A stretch of 64,000 nucleotides of DNA, taken from an uncultured Verrucomicrobiae bacterium. GTDB lineage: Bacteria; Verrucomicrobiota; Verrucomicrobiia; Chthoniobacterales; Chthoniobacteraceae. The DNA lies in NCBI GenBank assembly GCA_963836755.1, contig CAWIKF010000002.1:512001-576000 (forward strand). The letters are read 5' to 3'. Below are positions 18,834-30,400 of the stretch, piece after piece. Position numbers and translations under genes: made by a program. The notes below the pieces were generated by a model, which searched no databases, was not told the DNA's origin, and saw only the letters and a program-made list of their open reading frames with translations. Position 1 is the stretch's first letter; every line of letters starts with the position of its first letter.

Positions 18834-20627
18834 ATGAAGTGCGTCCATCAACTTTTTGAAATGACGGCCGCGCGACAGCCGGAAGCGATCGCCGTGGCTT
18901 GCGGCGCGGAGCAATTGACCTACGGCGAACTCAACGGACGCGCAAACGCATTCGCAAGTCACTTGCAAAGTTCCCGGCCGGACAAACTCGTCGCTGTCTG
19001 CCTCGAGCGCTCTCCAAGTTTCATCATCGCGATTCTCGCCGTCTTAAAATCAGGCGCCGCATACTTGCCGCTCGATCCCAATTTTCCTCGCGCCCGTCTC
19101 GCTCAAATGCTTGCGGATGCGGACGCCGCGGCTGTAGTGACCGACTCTGCCGCTCACGAAAAAGTCGCCGATTTCTCCGGGCAAATTCTTTCTCTGGATG
19201 ACGAGAAATTCACCGCGGGTTCGCTCGAAAATCCGGACACAGCGACGACTGCTGAAAATCTCGCCTACGTCATTTACACGTCCGGCTCGACTGGAGCGCC
19301 GAAAGGCGTCGCAGTCCCGCATCGCGCGATCGTCCGCCTGGTCACCAACACCGATTACGTGCAATTGCAACCCGACGACATCGTCGCGCAGGCGGCAAAC
19401 TGCGCCTTCGATGCGGCGACTTTTGAGATTTGGGGACCGCTGCTCAACGGTGGCAGTCTTGCGATTATTCCGCATGAGTCCGTCATCGCGCCGCGCTCAC
19501 TCGTCGCGGAAATCGAGCGGCAAAAAATCACGACCCTTTTTTTGACGACAGCCCTTTTCAATCAGGTCGCCCGAGAAATTCCCAACGGCTTTCGCAGCTT
19601 GCGCCATTTGCTTTTTGGAGGAGAGGCATGCGATCCGAAACTCATCGCGGAAGTCCTCGGCGCCGGCGCTCCGCGTCGACTGCTTCACGTCTACGGTCCC
19701 ACCGAAACGACCACATTCGCTTGTTGGCATGAAGTTAGACACGTTGCTGAAAATGCTGCGACCGTTCCAATCGGTAAGGCCATCGCCGGGACTGAAATTC
19801 ACGTGCTCGACGAAGACGGCGTGGCCGCCCCGCGAGGCGAACTTTTTCTTTCCGGCGCGGGCCTTGCGCACGGGTATTGGAACGCGCGCGAATTGACTGC
19901 GAAAAAGTTTGTCACACTTCCTTGCGGAACGCGGGCTTATCGCACTGGCGACATCGTCCGTATCGACGAAAACCGCGACCTCGAATTTGTCGGGCGCATT
20001 GATTTCCAGGTCAAAATTCGCGGCTTCCGCATTGAGCTCGGTGAGATCGAAACTGCGCTCGCGGCCATTCCCGCCGTGACCGATGCGGTCGTTCTCGCGC
20101 GCGAAGATGAGCCGGGAGATCGGCGTCTCGTTGCATACATCGTTTGCCGCGAACCCTGCATTGAAGCCGATCTTCGGACAATGCTGCGAAAAACTTTGCC
20201 TGAATACATGATCCCTGCAGCCTTCGTGCCGATGGATCGCCTGCCGCTGATGCCGAATGGCAAAGTGGATCGCAATGCGCTTCCCGAGCCTGTGCGCAAC
20301 GGCCGAAAGTTGGGCGCGCCTTCGGTTGAAATCGAAGCGGATCTTTTAAACATTTGGCGCACCGCGTTGCACGCCGATGGGATCGGAGTGGATGAAAATT
20401 TTTTTGATCTCGGCGGCGACTCTCTGCAACTCGCGCAGGCACATGCGCGGATTGAGGAGTTACTCGGCCGGGAAATCCCAATCACCGCACTTTTTCAATT
20501 TCCCACGATCCGCTCATTCGCCGCGCATTTGCAAAACGGTGCTGGCGTGAAAAAGGCCAACCCGTTCCTTGAGCGTGCCCGCCGACAGCGCGCGGCGGTC
20601 GGACAACAAGCGGCGAATACGCGTTAA
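18834..20627 (+). CDS. NRPS loading module (A-PCP)
   Basis: LTYGEL, YTSGSTGAPKG, YGPTE, YRTGD, QVKIRGFRIELGEIE, PNGKVDR, PCP FFDLGGDSL. Start at 18834 or 18825. Confidence 0.95.
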   Translation: MKCVHQLFEMTAARQPEAIAVACGAEQLTYGELNGRANAFASHLQSSRPDKLVAVCLERSPSFIIAILAVLKSGAAYLPLDPNFPRARLAQMLADADAAAVVTDSAAHEKVADFSGQILSLDDEKFTAGSLENPDTATTAENLAYVIYTSGSTGAPKGVAVPHRAIVRLVTNTDYVQLQPDDIVAQAANCAFDAATFEIWGPLLNGGSLAIIPHESVIAPRSLVAEIERQKITTLFLTTALFNQVAREIPNGFRSLRHLLFGGEACDPKLIAEVLGAGAPRRLLHVYGPTETTTFACWHEVRHVAENAATVPIGKAIAGTEIHVLDEDGVAAPRGELFLSGAGLAHGYWNARELTAKKFVTLPCGTRAYRTGDIVRIDENRDLEFVGRIDFQVKIRGFRIELGEIETALAAIPAVTDAVVLAREDEPGDRRLVAYIVCREPCIEADLRTMLRKTLPEYMIPAAFVPMDRLPLMPNGKVDRNALPEPVRNGRKLGAPSVEIEADLLNIWRTALHADGIGVDENFFDLGGDSLQLAQAHARIEELLGREIPITALFQFPTIRSFAAHLQNGAGVKKANPFLERARRQRAAVGQQAANTR

Positions 20628-20629
20628 CG

Positions 20630-23600
20630 ATGCGAGCCGATTTACAAAATCTTGATGGCATCGCAATCATCGGCATGGCGGGGCGATTTCCCGGCGCGAA
20701 AGATGTGCGAACGTTTTGGGAAAATCTCAAAAACGGCGTCGAAAGCATTTCACGTTTTGATGAGAACGAGCTCGAATTTTCGGTGGCGAACAATGGCGCC
20801 GAGCAAGCGGTAAGGGCACGTGGCGTTCTGGCAGACGCCGACTTGTTTGACGCAGATTTCTTCGGCGTGATGCCGAAGGAAGCCGAGGTGATGGATCCGC
20901 AGCATCGGCTTTTTCTCGAGTGCGCATGGCAATCGCTTGAAGACGCCGGCTACGATCCCGAGACGGCGCGCGGGCTCATTGGTGTCTATGCCGGCCTGAG
21001 TTTAAACACGTATCTGATTTACAATTTGTGCGCAGACCGCGACTTCGCTGCGCGTTTCGCGGGTGGCTATCCGGGCGGCGATTTCCAAACTTTGATGGGC
21101 AACGACAAGGATTTTTTGCCGACGCGCGTCGCTTACAAATTAAATCTGAAAGGTCCTGCGGTGGCCGTCCAGAGCGCGTGCAGCACCTCGCTCGTCGCCG
21201 TCGCGCAGGCCTGCCAGGGCTTGCTCACTCATCAATGCGACATGGCGCTCGCGGGCGGCGCTTCCATCACTTTTCCGCAAAAGCGCGACTACATTTACGC
21301 GCCCGACGGCATGGTTTCCGGAGAAGGTTTTTGCCGCACTTTTGATGCAAAGGCAGACGGGACTGTTTTTGGTCATGGCGTCGGAATCGTAGTATTGAAG
21401 CGGCTTGCCGAGGCGGTCGCGGACGGCGACCACATTTACGCGGTGATCAAAGGCAGCGCCGTGAATAATGACGGGAGCGACAAAGTCGGCTACGCCGCGC
21501 CGAGCGTGAATGGACAGGCGGACGTGATCGCGATGGCGCAGGCCGCAGCCGGCGTTGACGCGGAATCGATCAGCTATATTGAAGCGCACGGCACTGGGAC
21601 GCCGCTCGGCGATCCCATCGAAATCGCGGCTCTGACGCAGGCATTTCGGCTGAGCACGGACAAAAAACAATTCTGCGCGATCGGCACGGCTAAGACGAAT
21701 ATCGGCCATCTCGACATCGCGTCCGGCGTCACCGGGCTCATTAAAACTGCGCTCTCGCTCGACGAGAGAAAACTGCCGCCGCTTTTACATTTTGAAAACG
21801 CGAATCCCAAAATCGATTTTGAAAACAGTCCCTTTTTTCCGGTCAATAAATTGACCGATTGGAAGGGCGCAGACCCGCTCCGCGCGGGTGTAAGCGCATT
21901 TGGCGTGGGCGGCACCAATGCGCATGTTGTCCTCGAGGAAGCGCCGCCTCCAGCGCCGCGAGAAATCAAGCGTGAGCCACAGCTTTTGATTCTCTCGGCA
22001 AAAACAGCGACGGCCCTTGATGCAGCTGCAGAGCGGCTCGCCGAGCATTTCGAGCAAAATCCTGGGCTCGAGATTGGCGATGTTGCTTTCACGTTGCAGG
22101 TCGGCCGCCGCGCTTTTGCGCATCGGCGAATTTTGTTCGCGCTCGATCTTCCGGATGCGATTCGGATGCTGCGCGACAGCGAAATGGCAAAGGCTTTGAG
22201 CCGCAAAAATGCGTCGGGTTCCATATCGTCAAACGGTGGCGCATCCGCCGCGGAACTAGGCCAGCGCTGGCTTTGCGGGGAATCGGTTGATTTCTCGAAA
22301 CTGCACGCAGGCAAAAATTACCGTCGCGTCTCGCTTCCTTCTTATCCGTTTGAGCGGAAACGTTTTTGGGTCGAGCCGCCGAAATCGTCAGCGTCCGGCA
22401 CAAATGTTGCAGCGCATTCCGAGCAAATGCCGCATGCACCTTTGCCAAACTTCGATGCCGCTCGCCCGAATCGGCTGAGCGCGCAAATCACGAAACTGAT
22501 TGCCGACTTGTCAGGAATCGGCGTCGCGGACATCGACGCGAAAGTGTCGTTTCTCGAACTTGGTTTCGACTCGCTTTTCCTCACGCAAGCGAGCACGGCG
22601 CTGCAGCAGAAGTTTGGCGTCAAAGTTACGTTTCGACAGTTGTTGAGCGATCTCTCGAGCGTGAGTGCGATCGCAACTTTCATCGACGCCGCGCTGCCGC
22701 CTGATTCCCCGCAAATGCCCGCCGTTGCTGCATCCGCTGACACTGGTGCCGCGACGGGCAACACTTCTTACGATCGGATCTTAGCGCAACAGCAGCAGAT
22801 TTTGAAAGAAATGGAGGCGCTCAAAAACTCCGCCGGCGCAGCGACCGCGACGTCCGGGTTACGCATCCTCGCTCCCGCTCCGGAGCACGCGGTGCCGGCG
22901 CGTTTTGGTCCTTACAAGCCGATCGAAAAGGGTGCGCAGGGCGGTTTAACTGAGCGCCAGCAGGAACATCTCGACACGTTAATCGAGCGTTATACTGAGC
23001 GAACGGCTGGTTCCAAAAGCTACACCGCAGAAAATCGCGCCCATCTCGCCGATCCGCGTGCTGTTTCGGGTTTCAAATCGAATTGGAAAGAGATGGTTTA
23101 TCCCATCGTCGCAGCGCGTTCGGCAGGCTCGAAAATTTGGGACATCGACGGCAACGAATACGTCGATATTACAATGGGTTTCGGCCTGAATTTTTTCGGC
23201 TGGTCGCCGAAATTCGTGAACGATGCCGTGCGCGAACAGTTGGATCTCGGCATCGAAATCGGTCCGCAATCTCCGCTCGCCGGCAAGGTCGCAAAGTTGC
23301 TCACCGAGTTCACCGGAATGGAGCGCGTGACGTTTTGCAACACCGGCTCCGAGGCCGTGATGGCAGCGATGCGGCTGGCGCGCACAGTCACCGGTCGCGC
23401 AAAAGTCGCGCTCTTTACCGGCGGATATCACGGCACTTTTGACGAGGTTCTTTCACGCGCTCTCCACAAAAACGGTGAGCTGCTCACGGCGCCGGTCGCG
23501 CCGGGAATTCCGCAGCGATCGGTGGACAACATGATCGTGCTGGAATATGGCGCGCCGCAGTCGCTGGAGATTTTGCGCGCGCATGCGCATGAGCTCGCGG

Positions 23601-26600
23601 CGGTGCTCGTGGAGCCGGTGCAAAGTCGACGGCCCGATTTGCAGCCGCGAGAATTTTTGCACGAAATTCGCGCAATCACCGAGCAGTCCGGGACGGCGTT
23701 CATATTCGACGAAGTCGTGACCGGCTTCCGCTGCCATCCGGGCGGCGCGCAAGCATTCTTCGGCATCCGCGCCGATCTCGCGACCTACGGAAAGGTCGTC
23801 GGCGGCGGGATTCCGATCGGCGTTCTTGCGGGCTCGGCGAAATACATGGATGCGCTCGATGGTGGCGCGTGGAATTACGGCGACGACTCGTTCCCGGAAG
23901 TCGGCGTCACATTTTTTGCGGGCACGTTCGTGAGGCATCCGATCGCGCTGGCGGCGGCTTGGGCGGTGCTGAATTATTTAAAAACAGAAGGGCCGAGCCT
24001 GCAGGAGAATCTCAATGCGCGCACTGCGCAGTTCGTCGAAAATCTCGAGGAACATTGTGAGGAAATCGGCGTGCCAATTCGGCTGCCGCATTTCTCGTCG
24101 TGGTTCATGATCGAGTATCCGCACGAGCTGAAGCATGCGAGCTTGCTCTGGTATTTCTTGCGTGCGCGAGGCGTTCACGTTTGGGAAAACCGCCCCTGCT
24201 TTTTGACACTCGCGCACAGCGAGGCCGACTTTGATTTTTTGACGGAAGCGTTCAAGCAAAGCGTTGCCGACATGCAAGCCGCGGGTTTTCTCCCGGCATC
24301 GCAAACCGGCGCCGCTGCAGCATCCGCGCCGCTCACGGAGGCGCAAAAAGAGATCTGGCTCTCCGCGCAAATGGGCGACGATGCGAACTGCGCTTACAAT
24401 GAAATGCTCGCCCTGCATCTCGATGGCGCGCTCGATTTGACGCGATTGAAACGCGCGCTGCGGAAACTGGTGAAACGTCATGACGCGTTGCGCAGCACGT
24501 TTCATCCGGGCGGTGAGATGCAAACTTTTTCGTCAAAGGTTGACGTAGAAATCGGACATTTTGATTTGTCCGAATGCGCCGCGAACCAGCGCGCAGAGCG
24601 GGTTGCAGCGCTTTTCGAGGAGGAGGCGAAGCGGCCATTCGATTTGATTCACGGACCGGTTTTTCGCGCGAAACTTTTGGAACTCGGCGAGCAAAAACAT
24701 GTGTTGATGCTGAGCGCGCATCACATCGTTTGCGATGGCTGGTCATTTGCCGTGCTGCTTTATGAGCTCGCGGCGCTCTACAATGGAGAGTCGCCTGCGC
24801 CGCCGCTTCAGTTCTCCGAATACGTCGCGACCCAGCTTCACAGCAGGGCTGGCGCGGATGAGAAAAAGGCCGCGGACTTTTGGCTCGGGCAATTTTCCAG
24901 CATTCCAGCGCCGCTCGATCTTCCATCCGATCGGCCGCGTCCTTCGGTAAAAACTTTCACCGGATCCATGGAGACGCGCCCCCTCGATGCGCAACTATTT
25001 AAGCAATTGAAAAGCGCGAGCGCGTCGCGCGGCAACACCGTTTTCAGCACACTTTTTGCCGCCTTCAACGTCCTGCTGCACCGGCTTACAGGGCAGGCTG
25101 ACATTGTGGTCGGAATTCCGGCGGCTGGACAAACCATGGCCGGCGGCAGCGATGATCTCGTCGGGCATTGCCTGAATTTCTTGCCCGTGCGCACGCAGAT
25201 CACGAGCGCGGAAAAATTCGACGACTTTGCCGCAGATACAAAAAAAGCTGTGCTCGATGCTTACGAGCACCAGAACTACACGTTCGGCACGCTGCTGCAA
25301 AAATTGAAACTTCCGCGCGACACGAGCCGCCTGCCGCTCGTTTCGGTGATGTTCAACATCGACAAGGCGGGCTTCGACAAATTGCGCTTCGATGGCCTGA
25401 AGGCCGATGTCCAGACGATCTCCAAGCGATTCGTTAATTTCGAAATCTTTTTTAATCTCGTGCAGACGGAGACCGAGCTGCTCGTGCAATGCGAGTTCAA
25501 CACGGACCTTTTTAATCGCGAAACGATCCAGCGCTGGCTCGGACACTTTGAAACTTTGATTGCGGGAATTGTGAAAAACGGCGCTGAGTCAATCGCGACG
25601 TTGCCGCTTTTGTCTGATGCGGAGCGCGAGAAAATTCTTGTTGAGTGGAATGACACCAAAGTTGATTTCGCCGCGGAAAAAACTTTGCACGCGCTGATTG
25701 AGGAACAGGCCGAGCGAACGCCGGACGCCATTGCAGTCATCTTCGGTGAAGAAAAATTGAGCTACGCGGAATTGGACCGCCGCGCAAACCAGCTCGCGCA
25801 AAGCCTTTGGCAGAGCGGGTTGCGGAGCGGCGGACTTGGCGGCGTCTTTGTCTCACGCTCGGCGGATATGGTCGTGGCAGTGCTGGCTGTGCTGAAGACC
25901 GGCGCGGCTTACGTGCCGATGGATCCGTCGTTCCCGAAAGAGCGACTGAGTCACATGATCGAGGACGCGCGCATGGCGGCGATCGTGACGCAGCGGTCTT
26001 TGGCGCCGACGCTGCCGACGAACAAATCAGCGCTGATTTTTGTGGATGAGGTGAAATCGGACGACGCGAAACATTTCACTGCGCGTGTGGGCGGTGAGGA
26101 TCTTGCGTATGTGATTTTCACGTCGGGATCGACAGGACGGCCGAAGGGCGTGGAGATTTCGCATCGCGCGGTGGTGAATTTTTTAACCTCAATGCGCAAG
26201 ACGCCGGGCCTCGCGAGCGATGATGTGTTGCTCGCGGTGACGACGCTTTCATTTGACATCGCGGGGTTGGAAATTTTTCTGCCGCTCGTGTGCGGTGCGA
26301 CGGTGGCGATCGCGAGTCGCGAGACCGCGGCGGATGGGGAGCAATTGAAACGCGAGCTCGCGCGATGCGGCGCGACTCTGATGCAGGCGACGCCAGTGAC
26401 CTGGCGAATGCTGATGGAATCAGGCTGGGCGGGCGATGCGCGATTGAAAATGCTGATCGGTGGCGAAGCTGTGCCGCGCGATCTCGCGAACGCGCTCGTG
26501 ATGAAAGGGGCGGCGCTCTGGAATATGTATGGGCCGAGCGAGACGACGATCTGGTCCGCGGTGCAAAAACTCGCGGCGGGCGATGGGCATGTTTCGATCG

Positions 26601-27472
26601 GCGGTCCGATCGACAACACGCAGATTTACATCGTCGATTCTCGCCTCCAGCCAGTCCCCATCGGCGTTGCGGGCGAATTGCTCATCGGCGGCGCGGGGCT
26701 TGCGCGCGGCTATTTGGATCGGCCGGAATTGACTGCGGAAAAATTTGTCGCCAGTCCATTCATCACCGGCGCGCGCCTTTATAAAACAGGCGATCTCGCC
26801 CGCTGGCATGCGGATGGAACGATTGAATGCCTCGGCCGCATCGACCATCAAATCAAGCTGCGCGGCTTTCGCATCGAGCTCGGCGAGATTGAGTCGGCGC
26901 TCGCGCAGCATCCGCAGATTCGCGAAAGCGTCGCGGTGATTCGCGAGGATGTGCCGGGCGAAAAAAGATTGGTCGCTTACGTCGTCGATGGCGCTTTGGA
27001 GAAGCCGATCGCGCCGGAACTGCGGAAATTTTTAAATGACAAATTGCCGGATTACATGGTGCCTTCGGCCTTCGTCGCGCTCGATGAATTGCCGCGGACG
27101 CCGAACGGGAAAATCGATCGCAAGGCGCTGCCAAAACCGGAAATCAGCGCGGCATCGCGCGAAATCATCGCGCCGCGAAATCCTCGGGAACTGGCTCTGC
27201 AGGCCATTTGCGGCGAAGTGCTGCATCTCGAGAACATCAGCGTGGAGGACAGTCTCTTCGAACTCGGCGCGGATTCGATTCACATTTTTCAAATCACCGC
27301 GCGCGCGACAAAAGTGGGATTATCGGTGACGCCGCGGCATCTTTTGCAACACCGGACCATCGCCGCGACCGCTGCCGCCCTCAATGGCGACACCGCGCCG
27401 GCGCAACAGCCGGCGATTACACGAACGGCGCGCGAGGCGTTTCGCGCGAAACGTCCGGTAGTTCAAAGCTGA
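20630..27472 (+). CDS. Hybrid PKS-NRPS: KS-(no AT)-ACP-aminotransferase-C-A-PCP
   Basis: KS triad QSACSTS / EAHGTGT / KTNIGHL; ACP LGFDSL; class III aminotransferase FDEVVTGFR and TYGKVVGGG; C domain HHIVCDGWS; A domain FTSGSTGRPKG; PCP LGADSI. Confidence 0.95.
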   Translation: MRADLQNLDGIAIIGMAGRFPGAKDVRTFWENLKNGVESISRFDENELEFSVANNGAEQAVRARGVLADADLFDADFFGVMPKEAEVMDPQHRLFLECAWQSLEDAGYDPETARGLIGVYAGLSLNTYLIYNLCADRDFAARFAGGYPGGDFQTLMGNDKDFLPTRVAYKLNLKGPAVAVQSACSTSLVAVAQACQGLLTHQCDMALAGGASITFPQKRDYIYAPDGMVSGEGFCRTFDAKADGTVFGHGVGIVVLKRLAEAVADGDHIYAVIKGSAVNNDGSDKVGYAAPSVNGQADVIAMAQAAAGVDAESISYIEAHGTGTPLGDPIEIAALTQAFRLSTDKKQFCAIGTAKTNIGHLDIASGVTGLIKTALSLDERKLPPLLHFENANPKIDFENSPFFPVNKLTDWKGADPLRAGVSAFGVGGTNAHVVLEEAPPPAPREIKREPQLLILSAKTATALDAAAERLAEHFEQNPGLEIGDVAFTLQVGRRAFAHRRILFALDLPDAIRMLRDSEMAKALSRKNASGSISSNGGASAAELGQRWLCGESVDFSKLHAGKNYRRVSLPSYPFERKRFWVEPPKSSASGTNVAAHSEQMPHAPLPNFDAARPNRLSAQITKLIADLSGIGVADIDAKVSFLELGFDSLFLTQASTALQQKFGVKVTFRQLLSDLSSVSAIATFIDAALPPDSPQMPAVAASADTGAATGNTSYDRILAQQQQILKEMEALKNSAGAATATSGLRILAPAPEHAVPARFGPYKPIEKGAQGGLTERQQEHLDTLIERYTERTAGSKSYTAENRAHLADPRAVSGFKSNWKEMVYPIVAARSAGSKIWDIDGNEYVDITMGFGLNFFGWSPKFVNDAVREQLDLGIEIGPQSPLAGKVAKLLTEFTGMERVTFCNTGSEAVMAAMRLARTVTGRAKVALFTGGYHGTFDEVLSRALHKNGELLTAPVAPGIPQRSVDNMIVLEYGAPQSLEILRAHAHELAAVLVEPVQSRRPDLQPREFLHEIRAITEQSGTAFIFDEVVTGFRCHPGGAQAFFGIRADLATYGKVVGGGIPIGVLAGSAKYMDALDGGAWNYGDDSFPEVGVTFFAGTFVRHPIALAAAWAVLNYLKTEGPSLQENLNARTAQFVENLEEHCEEIGVPIRLPHFSSWFMIEYPHELKHASLLWYFLRARGVHVWENRPCFLTLAHSEADFDFLTEAFKQSVADMQAAGFLPASQTGAAAASAPLTEAQKEIWLSAQMGDDANCAYNEMLALHLDGALDLTRLKRALRKLVKRHDALRSTFHPGGEMQTFSSKVDVEIGHFDLSECAANQRAERVAALFEEEAKRPFDLIHGPVFRAKLLELGEQKHVLMLSAHHIVCDGWSFAVLLYELAALYNGESPAPPLQFSEYVATQLHSRAGADEKKAADFWLGQFSSIPAPLDLPSDRPRPSVKTFTGSMETRPLDAQLFKQLKSASASRGNTVFSTLFAAFNVLLHRLTGQADIVVGIPAAGQTMAGGSDDLVGHCLNFLPVRTQITSAEKFDDFAADTKKAVLDAYEHQNYTFGTLLQKLKLPRDTSRLPLVSVMFNIDKAGFDKLRFDGLKADVQTISKRFVNFEIFFNLVQTETELLVQCEFNTDLFNRETIQRWLGHFETLIAGIVKNGAESIATLPLLSDAEREKILVEWNDTKVDFAAEKTLHALIEEQAERTPDAIAVIFGEEKLSYAELDRRANQLAQSLWQSGLRSGGLGGVFVSRSADMVVAVLAVLKTGAAYVPMDPSFPKERLSHMIEDARMAAIVTQRSLAPTLPTNKSALIFVDEVKSDDAKHFTARVGGEDLAYVIFTSGSTGRPKGVEISHRAVVNFLTSMRKTPGLASDDVLLAVTTLSFDIAGLEIFLPLVCGATVAIASRETAADGEQLKRELARCGATLMQATPVTWRMLMESGWAGDARLKMLIGGEAVPRDLANALVMKGAALWNMYGPSETTIWSAVQKLAAGDGHVSIGGPIDNTQIYIVDSRLQPVPIGVAGELLIGGAGLARGYLDRPELTAEKFVASPFITGARLYKTGDLARWHADGTIECLGRIDHQIKLRGFRIELGEIESALAQHPQIRESVAVIREDVPGEKRLVAYVVDGALEKPIAPELRKFLNDKLPDYMVPSAFVALDELPRTPNGKIDRKALPKPEISAASREIIAPRNPRELALQAICGEVLHLENISVEDSLFELGADSIHIFQITARATKVGLSVTPRHLLQHRTIAATAAALNGDTAPAQQPAITRTAREAFRAKRPVVQS

Positions 27473-27475
27473 GGC

Positions 27476-30400
27476 ATGGTTCCCGAATCAATCGCTTCAG
27501 CCGAACCGGACAAAGCCGACGTGTTTGTTTTTCCCGCGTCGCTGGCGCAGCAGCGTTTCTGGACGCTCGATCAGCTCGAGCCGGGAAATTCCGCATACAA
27601 TGTCGCGGTCCGTTTTCGCCTGGAAGGGCCGTTGCGCCTGGGAATCCTTGAGCGCGCGGTCAATGAAATCGTGCGGAGGCACGAGATTTTGCGCACGACT
27701 TTTGCTGAGGAAAATGGCGAGCCGGTGCAAATCGTCACGCCGGAACTGTCGTTGCGCGTGGGGTGCATCGACCTGCGTTATCTCGCGGAGCCGGAGCGGC
27801 GTGAGGAGGCCGAACGGCTGGCATTGATCGAAGCGCGAGCGCCGTTCGATCTGAAGACCGGACCGCTGCTGCGCGTGAGCCTGCTGCAGCTTGCGGACGA
27901 GGAGCACGTGCTTTTGATCACGCTTCATCACGCAGTTTCGGATGGCTGGTCGATTGGCGTGATCACGGATGAAATCGGCGCGATTTATGGGGCATTCGCG
28001 CGCGGACAGGCGTCGCCGTTGCCAGAGCTGCCGATTCAGTTCGCCGATTTCACGCTGTGGCAGCGCGAGCATTCCGATGGGGACGCGATGGCGGCGAAGC
28101 TCGCGTATTGGAAAGAAAAATTACGCGATGCGCCGGAGCTGAATTTACACACAGACCGGCCGCGCCACGGCAGCCAGTCGTTCAATGGCAACATCGTTTC
28201 GCGGCTGCTGCCGAAGCCGCTCACGAATGCGCTGCGCGAGTTGAGCGCGCGCGAGGATGTCACGTTTTTCACGCTGATGCTGACGGCCTTCAACGTGCTG
28301 ATCCATCGCTACACCGGCCAGGAAGACATCGTGCTCGGCTCGCCAATTGCCGGGCGGAGTCGCGTCGATCTCGAGCCGCTCATCGGTGTTTTCATCAACA
28401 CGCTCGTGCTGCGCAACGACCTTTCGGGCGATCCGACTTTTCGCGAAGTGCTAACACGTGTTTGCCACACCGTTCTCGATGCGATGGCGAATGAAGATGC
28501 TCCTTTTGAGAAGCTCGTCGAGACGTTGAAGCCGGCGCGAGATGTGCGGCGCAATCCCATTTTTCAAATCAACTTCACGTTCCAGCGAGACTTTATAAAG
28601 CCGATCGAATTCGCGGGCGTTCGGCTGACGGCGATTCCTTCAAAATCTCCGGGGTCGCTTTTTGACCTCACGTTTTTCCTCGTCGAACGGAGTGAGGGCT
28701 GGCGTGCGTCGTGCGAATATAATTGCGATTTGTATGAAGTGAAAACGGTGGAGCGGATGCTCGCTCATTTCGAAAATCTGCTCGCGGCCATCCACGCGAA
28801 TCCGCTGCGAAAACTTTCTGAGTTTGATTTTTTGACGGACGCGGAAGAGCGGCAGCTGCTCGTCGAATGGAACGCGACGAAGATCGATTATCCGCGCGAC
28901 CAGACGCTCGCGGAAATTTTCCACGAACAGGCGCAACGAATCCCGGACGCGATCGCATTGGAATTTTTCGATCGCACGATGAGCTATCGCGAACTCGACA
29001 TCGCGTCGAACCGGATCGCAAATTTTTTGCAGGGCGAAGGCGTCGGTGCGCAAACAATCGTCGGCGTTTACATGGACCGCTCGTCGGCGTTGATCGTCGC
29101 GCTGCTCGGCATTTTGAAGGCGGGCGCGGCGTATCTCCCGATCGACCTCGCGTATCCGCGCGAGCGCATTGCGTTCATTGCCGCGGATGCAAAAGTTCCG
29201 TTCGTGCTGTCGCAGCGGTCGCTTGCAGGCGCGCTGCCGGCGGGGCTGCGCGCGGTGACGCCGGAGGATTGGAGCAGCGTGAAAGATGTTTCGCGGCCAC
29301 CGAGCGCGGCGACGGCGGAAAGCGTGGCGTATGTGATGTTCACCTCCGGCTCAACCGGCGAACCAAAGGGCGTCGTGGTGCCGCAGCGGGCGGTGAGCCG
29401 GCTGGTGATCAACACGCGTTACGTTGCGTTTAAACAAGGCGATGTCGTTGCGCACGCGTCAAACGTTGCATTCGATGCGGCGACTTTCGAAATCTGGGGA
29501 GCACTGCTCAATGGCGGTCGACTCGTCGGCATCGCGCAGGCCGCGCTTTTGTCGCCGCCCGATCTCGAGCGGGAAATCGTCACGCGAAAAATCACGACGC
29601 TGTTTCTCACGACGGCGCTTTTCAATCAGCTCGCGCGTCAGATGCCGCGAGGATTTTCTTCGCTTGAGAATCTTGTTTTCGGCGGCGATGCCGGCGATCC
29701 GGCGGCTGTGCGGGAAATTTTAAAAAGCGGCGCTCCGCCGCGGCGGCTCGTGAACGGCTACGGACCGACGGAAACGACGACGTTTGCCGTGTGTCATGAA
29801 GTCAAAGTTTTGGACGAAGATGCGATGTCGATCCCGATCGGCAGGCCGATATCGAACACCAACGTTTATGTGCTCGATCGGAACCGGAAGCTCGTTCCCA
29901 TCGGCATTCCCGGTGAACTTTACATCGGTGGCGACGGGCTCGCGCTCGGATATTTGAACCGGCCGGAGCTCACGGCTGAGCGCTTCGTGCCGCACCCATT
30001 TACAGGCGGCGCGCGCCTTTATCGCAGCGGCGACCTTGCGCGGTATCTGCCGGACGGGACGCTGGAATGCCTCGGCCGTCTGGACAATCAGGTGAAGCTG
30101 CGCGGCTTCCGCATCGAGCTCGGCGAAATCGAGGCGGTGCTCGGCCGGCATAGTGCGGTGCGCCAATGCGCGGTGCTCGCGCGAGCGGATGAGTCGGGAC
30201 AAAAACGGCTCGTCGCGTATGTCGTCGCGCGCGAAGGCAAACAATGTCCGACGGCAGATTTGCTCGGACTTTTACGCGAGTCGCTGCCAGAATATATGCT
30301 GCCGGCCGCGTTCGTTTTTCTCGATGCACTTCCGCTCACGGCAAACGGAAAACTCGACACGCGCGCGCTTCCCGCGGCGGATGCGCTCGAGCGCGGCGGC

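Noticed and set aside
25850..26600. Locally G-rich stretch in the Gly A domain as a recombination patch
   Set aside because: An impression only; amino-acid composition could explain it and it cannot be supported without computation.
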